The notes under the pieces: generated by a model
Told to the model about the DNA's origin: nothing
Seen by the model: the letters and a program-made list of their open reading frames with translations, nothing else
Databases searched by the model: none
Program-made: the position numbers and the translations under genes
Assembly (NCBI GenBank): GCA_010909165.1
Contig: MU008163.1
Span: 2,152,409 to 2,216,408, forward strand
Origin: Anthoceros angustus
Taxonomy: Eukaryota > Plantae > Anthocerotophyta
Length of the DNA stretch: 64,000 nt
Reading direction: 5' to 3'
Shown here: positions 57,774 through 64,000 of the stretch, piece by piece
How the letters are laid out: each line of letters begins with the position of its first letter
Position numbering within the stretch: the first letter of the stretch is position 1

Positions 57774-59564
57774 CTAAGCTGAAGGTGGATGCTTGTCTTT
57801 TCGGTTTATAATCTCCACCTCTAGAACTGACAGCCGATTCTTTAGCTTTTCCACTTCAGATTCCAAGTCTTCCGCCGAGCGCTCTCCATCGTTGCCTGGG
57901 GTTGGGGGTTTATAAGGAGTAACTAGATTCGCAGAGAATGACTTCAAAGACTCAACTCCCTGAACCTGAAACATGAGTTGTGGATAGAGTGGTCAGGTGG
58001 TCACAAGCTGACACGCCAAACTCAAACATGGACAGAACCAAAGACAGCAAACATCAGTGGTGGATAGAGTGATCAGGTGGTAATAAGCTGACACGCAAAA
58101 TTCAAACATAGTCAACACCAAAGACGCAAACATGATACCTCTTCTGGAAGAAGTGGCAATAGTGTAATGTGAAAGCCATCATAAAGTTCATGGAACTGCT
58201 CTAGATATTTCTGTTGCATTGCCACCCTTGCTTTTAACAGTCTGGAGTCGTCAACTGTATACAAAGGCAGATGGATATCAGTCATACAAGAGAAAAGGGA
58301 GTGACACAACATTTGATCAACCTGTGATTGCGTCAACTTATAGAAATTACCGTCTTCCTTGAACAAAACTTGATTGATTATAATGTTATGTGTATCTATG
58401 TCGAATTTAGCAAGCTCCTGCACTAGTCTTTCTGTTTCATACAGCGAAAGGAACTCGGGTATGCAGACACACACAAACGTTGTAATTTCCTGCAACAAGA
58501 TCGAGTTTAGCCAAATATGACTAGATTAGCGATGCAATGAAGAGAAGGCACGTTCTGCCAAGTGGTACTACGTACTGGATCACCGAATTGCTTGTTGACC
58601 TGCTCTATCGCTGCCTTCATCCCTTCCACCTTCCCCATAATGGCATCCTCCTGAATATCATCCGCTGCACCAAAAAGGCGTGACATCTGCAGCATCAGGT
58701 GCAAGCTCAGTGACGCTACAAGTGAAAATGTGACAGACGAGGAACCGGAAACGTCCACTCCGATGCAGCAGGCTTGGAGAAAACGGCACCTGGTTGAATA
58801 TTCCTCCGAATCTGTTCTTGAGAGTCATCACCCTGTCTAAACCCTTATCCAAGATAGAAGGAAACTGCAACAATCTTAACGTGTGGCCGGTGGGAGCAGT
58901 GTCAAACACTATGACAGAATAATCCATCGTCTGCACAAGCCTGTTACGACACAGGAAGCATGCATGAGGATGCAGAAACATATCCCATCCCTTGTCCAAT
59001 CAGCCAGTCGCCAACTTACTTCAGCATCTCAGCAAAGCTCATGGCTTCGTCAATCCCTGGAATAGCATTAGCAAGCTCCGCCACAAACCCTTCCATCCCC
59101 TCGCCCTGCTCAAGCTCATCGTTTTCCACAGTGGGATCCACCTCCTGCGCGAAACAGGGATCCCACAAAACCTTAACAATCATCCCAATCTCCGGCTCTG
59201 GTGCTATGCAATCACGAGAGCATTCCGTACAATCAACCTCTCGAACAACGCAAATTCACAAGCAAGGCCAGGAGCCATCACGAGAACTACACGGGAGGAG
59301 GCACACCATGGCAAAGAGGTTGGTGAAGCCATTGACAAGAGTTGGAGACCTGGTGAATTTCTGACGGAAAGCGTCGCTGAGGTTGTGAGCCGGATCTGTG
59401 GAGATGATGAGCACCGAATCCCGCACCTCTGCCAGCAACACCGCCAGCATGGAGCTGCAGGTGGTCTTCCCCACGCCACCCTTACCCCCAACGAAGATCC
59501 ACTTCAGACTGGTCTGTTCCAGCACATTCTTCAGGGTAGGCTCCAGCACCTCCTCTGAAGCCAT
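57774..59564 (-). CDS. GET3: GET3/ArsA/TRC40 tail-anchored protein insertion ATPase, cytosolic type, multi-exon
   Basis: [93 protein letters not shown]. Confidence 0.96.
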
Positions 59565-59990
59565 GCCTCGCCTCTCTTTTAAGGACTTGTCACTCACTTC
59601 CGAAACGCGCCAACCCGATCCGACCCTCCCACAGGGTGTATCTATGATGGCGTTATCCCGCGTAGGGGACTGGCAAATTCTTCCTCCAACAAACTCATAA
59701 AGTCGAGACCTTTTTCCCGACTGAGTGGTACATTATTATTTATTGGCACTGTCCGTGAGGCCGCCGCGGAAACATAGCGGTCAGTAACAGCGGTGTTACC
59801 GGCCTGTCTAGTTTCAAGTTTTTATTGAATAATAAATATCGTGCAGTTATGTCGGTAGTTCTGAACTTACACTCACCCATATGTCGTTCTTGGAGGCGGT
59901 AGGTAGCTTCGTTTTCACAAAGTTAGGAGTCTCATGCTGATGCATAGGCCATATGATATAGTAGGTACAAGATATTGATCTAGGTCAAGA

Positions 59991-60128
59991 GGAGCCAGGA
60001 TCGCGGTGTGCCAGGAGCCAGGAGCCAGGAGCGCGGTGTGCCAGGAGCCAGGAGCGCGGTGTGCCAGGAGCCAGGAGCGCGGTGTGCCAGGAGCCAGGAG
60101 CGCGGTGTGCTAGGAGCCAAGAGCGCGG
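59991..60128. repeat. 23-bp minisatellite (ccaggagccaggagcgcggtgtg), about 5 copies
   Basis: Direct inspection; the units abut with no spacers. Confidence 0.9.
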
Positions 60129-60639
60129 GAGTCAGGTGCCATGAGCTCCATGAGACAAGAGGCATGCAGTAGTGCAGTGTCCGTGGTGCAATGTGAGGGG
60201 TGCGTTGCAGCGGGAGGTGGCGAGGCATGTGGGGGGCGTGGCGGGTTGCAAGGGCCGGCCTGTGCCCATGGGCCAGTGCAGGTGGTCGGGGCCCTCATCA
60301 GCGCCGGGCCCCCACGGCCTCGGTCGCCTGGCACGCCAGCCCAGGCAGGCCGGTGTGGCGCGAGGGGTCTGGCCACGAAGGGCTGGGTCTAGGGTTCCAA
60401 GACTCTAGGCGGGGCCTTGGCCCCTATGGGGGCTTCGTCTGCAGTGCACTCTATATGTCTGGTAAAGGTCGGGGACGTTTTTGTCTCCGACCCCTGGTGC
60501 CTCCCTGACCCTGACACCCTCGGGCTGTTGTCCGCAAGTTGTTCCTTGTATTCTCTTTTTACCGTCTATCGTAAGCAATTTTGCATCTTCCTATTATTGT
60601 TTGTTTTTGGGCTCTCCCCAATGGTGCAGTCGACCCCTT

Positions 60640-61690
60640 CTAGGACAGTCAAGGATGCTCCCTGCCTGGTCTACGCTCAATTTTGTTGTGGGGTTAAGGG
60701 GGGGAAATGTCACATTGGGCACAACCACAAGGACTTCAATTGTACCACGTGGGAGGCTTAGGTGAGGCTTGCTTCTTCCAGCGCGATTGCACACCCGACT
60801 TCGGGTTTGGCTGCTCCCTTTGGGCCGCCTCGAGAGTCCTGGTAGTGATTGCGCTTGTAGTCGGATCATCATCTTGTCTTGTACGAAGTGCGTTTTTTGG
60901 GGCCCCGCATTTTTCGGCATCTCCTGAGGCGCCTTTATGATGACGTTCGCCTTGCCTAGCGCTTCCCTTGGAGCGCCTCGCACTCAACCCCGGGGATGAG
61001 GTGGCCTAGACTTTATTCCTCTTTCTCCCTTGGTGGTATCTTTGCCACTTCATGGGTGGTCATGGTTGGTCCTTCAGGGCATAGCGAGGTGGCTGCCTGT
61101 CTCCACCATTTCTGGGGTAGGGACTGGGACGCCCTGGAGGAGGAGGGGGGGGGGAAGGGGGCATCCAGCGAGGTCCATGTTGGAGTCGGCTTAGGCGGAT
61201 CAGGTCCGTCAAGATCCACGAAGGTGCGTCTTAAGAGGTGCCTCATGCTAGGCCATGTTGGGGAATACGCTAGGGCTGCCCAGGCTCTTCGCCCGGAGCC
61301 GGTGGTGCTATCGTCCGAGGAGACCATCGTTGCTCTCCGCACCCTTCATCCAGCCCCAGGTGACCTCATTCTATAGGATATCCTGGATTTTGTGGTGGAG
61401 AAGCCTTTTTGTCTTGACAAGGCAGTCTTCAGCAAGGCTCTTACCACTGCCCCGCGGCTTTCTTCAGGTGGTCTGTCTGGGATAGTTTATGACCATCTTC
61501 GGAATTATTTTGCTCCCGAGGATCCTTCTAGTGGTTTTTCGGAGCTTTTCATTTTAGCGGCGATCGTGGAGAGGGGAGAGACCCCCCACCAGATCTCCCA
61601 GGTGTTGGGTGCCAATAGGTTGCTAGCTATGGAGAAGCCAATGCCTGAAGTGCGCCCTATTGCCGTCGGGGAGGCGGCCGTCAGAGTGCC
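60640..61690 (+). mobile_element. Non-LTR retrotransposon fragment, CRE-clade-like RT N-terminal region, disrupted
   Basis: HFWGRDWDAL...RCLMLGHVGEYARAAQAL..EETIVALRTLHP [TAG 61374] ..ALTTAPRLSSGGLSGIVYDHLR..RLLAMEKPMPEVRPIAVGE. It breaks off before the QGDP and YxDD motifs. Confidence 0.75.
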
Positions 61691-63589
61691 AACCCATCTG
61701 GTCTAATGCCGAGGAAAAAAGGGAATAAAGTTAATTACCCAAAAAACATACTGGAGGTGTTTGTGAATGAAACAGTCATCCTGTATTATGGGTTTGTGTT
61801 GAACGCACTGAAACATTTGTATGCGGTGGACAAAAAAGCGATAAGGAATAAGCTCTGCGAGTTGCGCGGCTTCATACAGCCTGCGTGTCAAAGTGCCGCT
61901 GAAGATTGTGATGACAATGCTGGAGAAGCTGGACCAAGTAATGACAAAGGATTGAACTCTGGGGATGAGTGAAACTCAAATCACAGTTTGTCCCGAGGTC
62001 CTAGAGTGAATGTTGTACGTCCGGTTCCAGATGTTACCGTGTTTTGGAAATACCCTGTCCGTGGCTTTTGTTGTATCCTTACTAAACCATTTTCCTTCTG
62101 GAACTGAATTTACGGTGGTCCCTTCCCGGCAAAAACGGCCTTCCTTACAGATCCCACTTTGCATTAATCTTATAGATTCGAGATTGCGACCACCGTTCGA
62201 CAGAGACATTGCTGGTTGGAAAGCAGTATCTTTACCAGGTGACACCCTTTTTTTCAAAGATGTTTTCCGGGATTAATAATAAACGCTGGTTTAGGTCCCA
62301 TCAAAAACCCCCTTTAGAGGTTATTTACAGAAAACCCCCATCGGGATTATTCACCCCCTTCAAAAATTATGGTGTTGCCCATGTAACATGCTCCCGTCGC
62401 CCCTCGTCCCCTCCCCCACTGCATTAAGCCAATAGGACCAGGTAGTGTAGCCCGGACATGGCAGGTGCACCGCATCAGCATAGCAAACATAAGTAGAGGG
62501 TTCCGCTGGAGAGAATGTGCCAGAGAAGGACATGAGCTGAAATGCTAAACAAACGCCGTGACAAGCTGTGTTACCTCAGAGGTCCATGGCCTTCCTAATG
62601 CGACAACACTGCTTCACATCTTGGGAGCCGCGGTATGGGTGAAAGCCGCTGGCGGCTCCTCTTCCACTCGGGTTCCTCCCACTCACTAGTGTTGGTGTTG
62701 AGTAGCAGATCTGACCGGAGCCTGGAACCGCCAACTCCCGCCCCTGTGGCCGCCCGCGCCGGGGCACCAGGAGGAAGTGGATGTCCTCCACACTTCCCTA
62801 GGTGGCGGGGGTCCGCCTGCACGTATGGAGTCCGAATCCTCCCACTGCCCTCCTCCCGACCTCTTGCCCGGATGGCCGCCTCCGCTTCCGCACTCTTTTC
62901 CTCGCCTCCTCGGCCAGCCCTAGTGCTCGCTCCTCACCTCCTTCGTGGAGGTTCGCGTGCCCACACATGGATCAAGAACGGCGAGCAACGCCGACGGAGG
63001 TGGCTTCTCGACCTCATTGCGAGCCTCGCTGATCCGGCGAAATTATTGCGCCCCTGCTGCTTCTCCTCTCCGAGGTCGTGGAGGAACACCAGCAAATTGT
63101 CTCCAAGGTGGTCCACCTTGGTCAGCATGTTCCAGTGGACTATAATCTTCGCCACTGATCGCACCCTCCTGTCTAGGAGGTCCGACATCAGCCACCCATT
63201 TGAGGATCGCTGCGTCCCGGGTCGCAAGAGGGCCGCCCTGGCCGCTTGTGGAAGACCACATGTGCACTAACCCCGCTCCCAAGTGTCAGGATGAACGATT
63301 TTTTTTTGTTTTGGATGTGTTAGAATAGTAAAGTGCTTTGAGAATTGTCTGAGTCAAGTCTTTTATACGGGAATGGTCCTTGGCCCTTGGAATAATAATA
63401 ATTTTTCAATCCTCAAGTTTGGCCCCAGAGGGGTGGGACAGAAATAGAGTCCTTGGGTATTGGGAATTTTTAGAATAAAAGGTGTCTATATATGCTAGGG
63501 ATGCTCACAATATGCCAGTTGAGTAGTCAAGTGGGGTGGTGGCTAGTTCCACCACGGTGGCAAAGCAGGACGTCTGAGACGGGGAATTT

Positions 63590-63892
63590 ACAACGTTGAA
63601 GTTGGCGATCTTGGCCGAGTAGTCGGCGACGCGGTCCAGTCGCTCGACGCTGAGGGTGCGCCCGGACACCGCCGAGACGCTGATCGGCACGTCCTGCAGT
63701 TTTTCTTCGCGCTTGCGCGCGACCACCACCACTTCGTCGAGGGCCGCCGCGACGGCGGCGTCCGTGGCCGGGGCCGTCGGGCCTTCGGCGGCCATGGCCG
63801 GGACGGCGGCCCAGCCCAGGGCGGCCGCCCGGCTCCGGCCAGAACGCGTTGACGTAGACGACGCGACAAGAACTGACTGCTCATTGCTCCCG
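63590..63892 (-). pseudogene. 5' fragment of a bacterial TonB-dependent outer-membrane receptor gene, with one frameshift
   Basis: GGGAG RBS, then ATG 63884 (MSSQFLSRRLRQRVLAGAG); after a 1-nt shift near 63828, AAALGWAAVPAMA|AEG...ALDEVVVVARKREEKLQDVPISVSAVSGRTL..ERLDRVADYSAKIANF. This is a signal peptide, TonB box and plug start. GC is about 83% over 63721-63840. Confidence 0.9.
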
Positions 63893-64000
63893 CCCGGCGC
63901 CCGGACCTCGCAAGCCCAAGGCCTAAAACTATCGAGACGGTAGGAATTGGCGTCGGGCGCGGCAAAGCAGATCAATTGAGGCGGCGAAGGCCTTTTCTAA

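Noticed and set aside
59991-60128. CRISPR-like array (also 42690-43170)
   Set aside because: The units abut without unique spacers, there are no cas genes, and the context is eukaryotic; these are minisatellites.

Overview
This window is nuclear DNA of a land plant, most likely a fern or another seed-free vascular plant. That is inferred from the MYAKCG-type PLS-PPR genes, short GT-AG introns and moss/fern-type CRE retroelement motifs; the species cannot be named. Recognisable genes are: the 3' part of a CHD3/PICKLE-type chromatin remodeller, a divergent bulb-type lectin-like protein, a CPP1/DUF3353 chloroplast protein, NARA5-like pfkB kinase, a C-terminally short TANGO6/RTP1-like gene, an F-box-like RCC1 protein, the DEK1 calpain, a PLS-E PPR editing factor with a degenerate DYW tail, two PPR pseudogene fragments, PGAP3/Per1, a SEC-C motif protein and GET3/ArsA. 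Intergenic DNA is full of short tandem duplications and TE remnants. The most unusual signals are four. (1) A roughly 300-400 bp, very GC-rich piece of an alphaproteobacterial-type TonB-dependent receptor gene, with RBS, signal peptide and TonB box, at the right end; it is either horizontal transfer or a chimeric assembly. (2) A dispersed, highly structured ~225-nt element ending in AATAAA-(TTC)n, with at least 7 full or partial copies and no obvious TSDs. (3) An unrecognised multi-exon gene made of two duplicated domains with matching intron positions. (4) A CRE-clade non-LTR retrotransposon broken inside its RT and followed by a patchwork of unexplained sequence. All calls are by eye from the sequence and ORF track; no searches were run.
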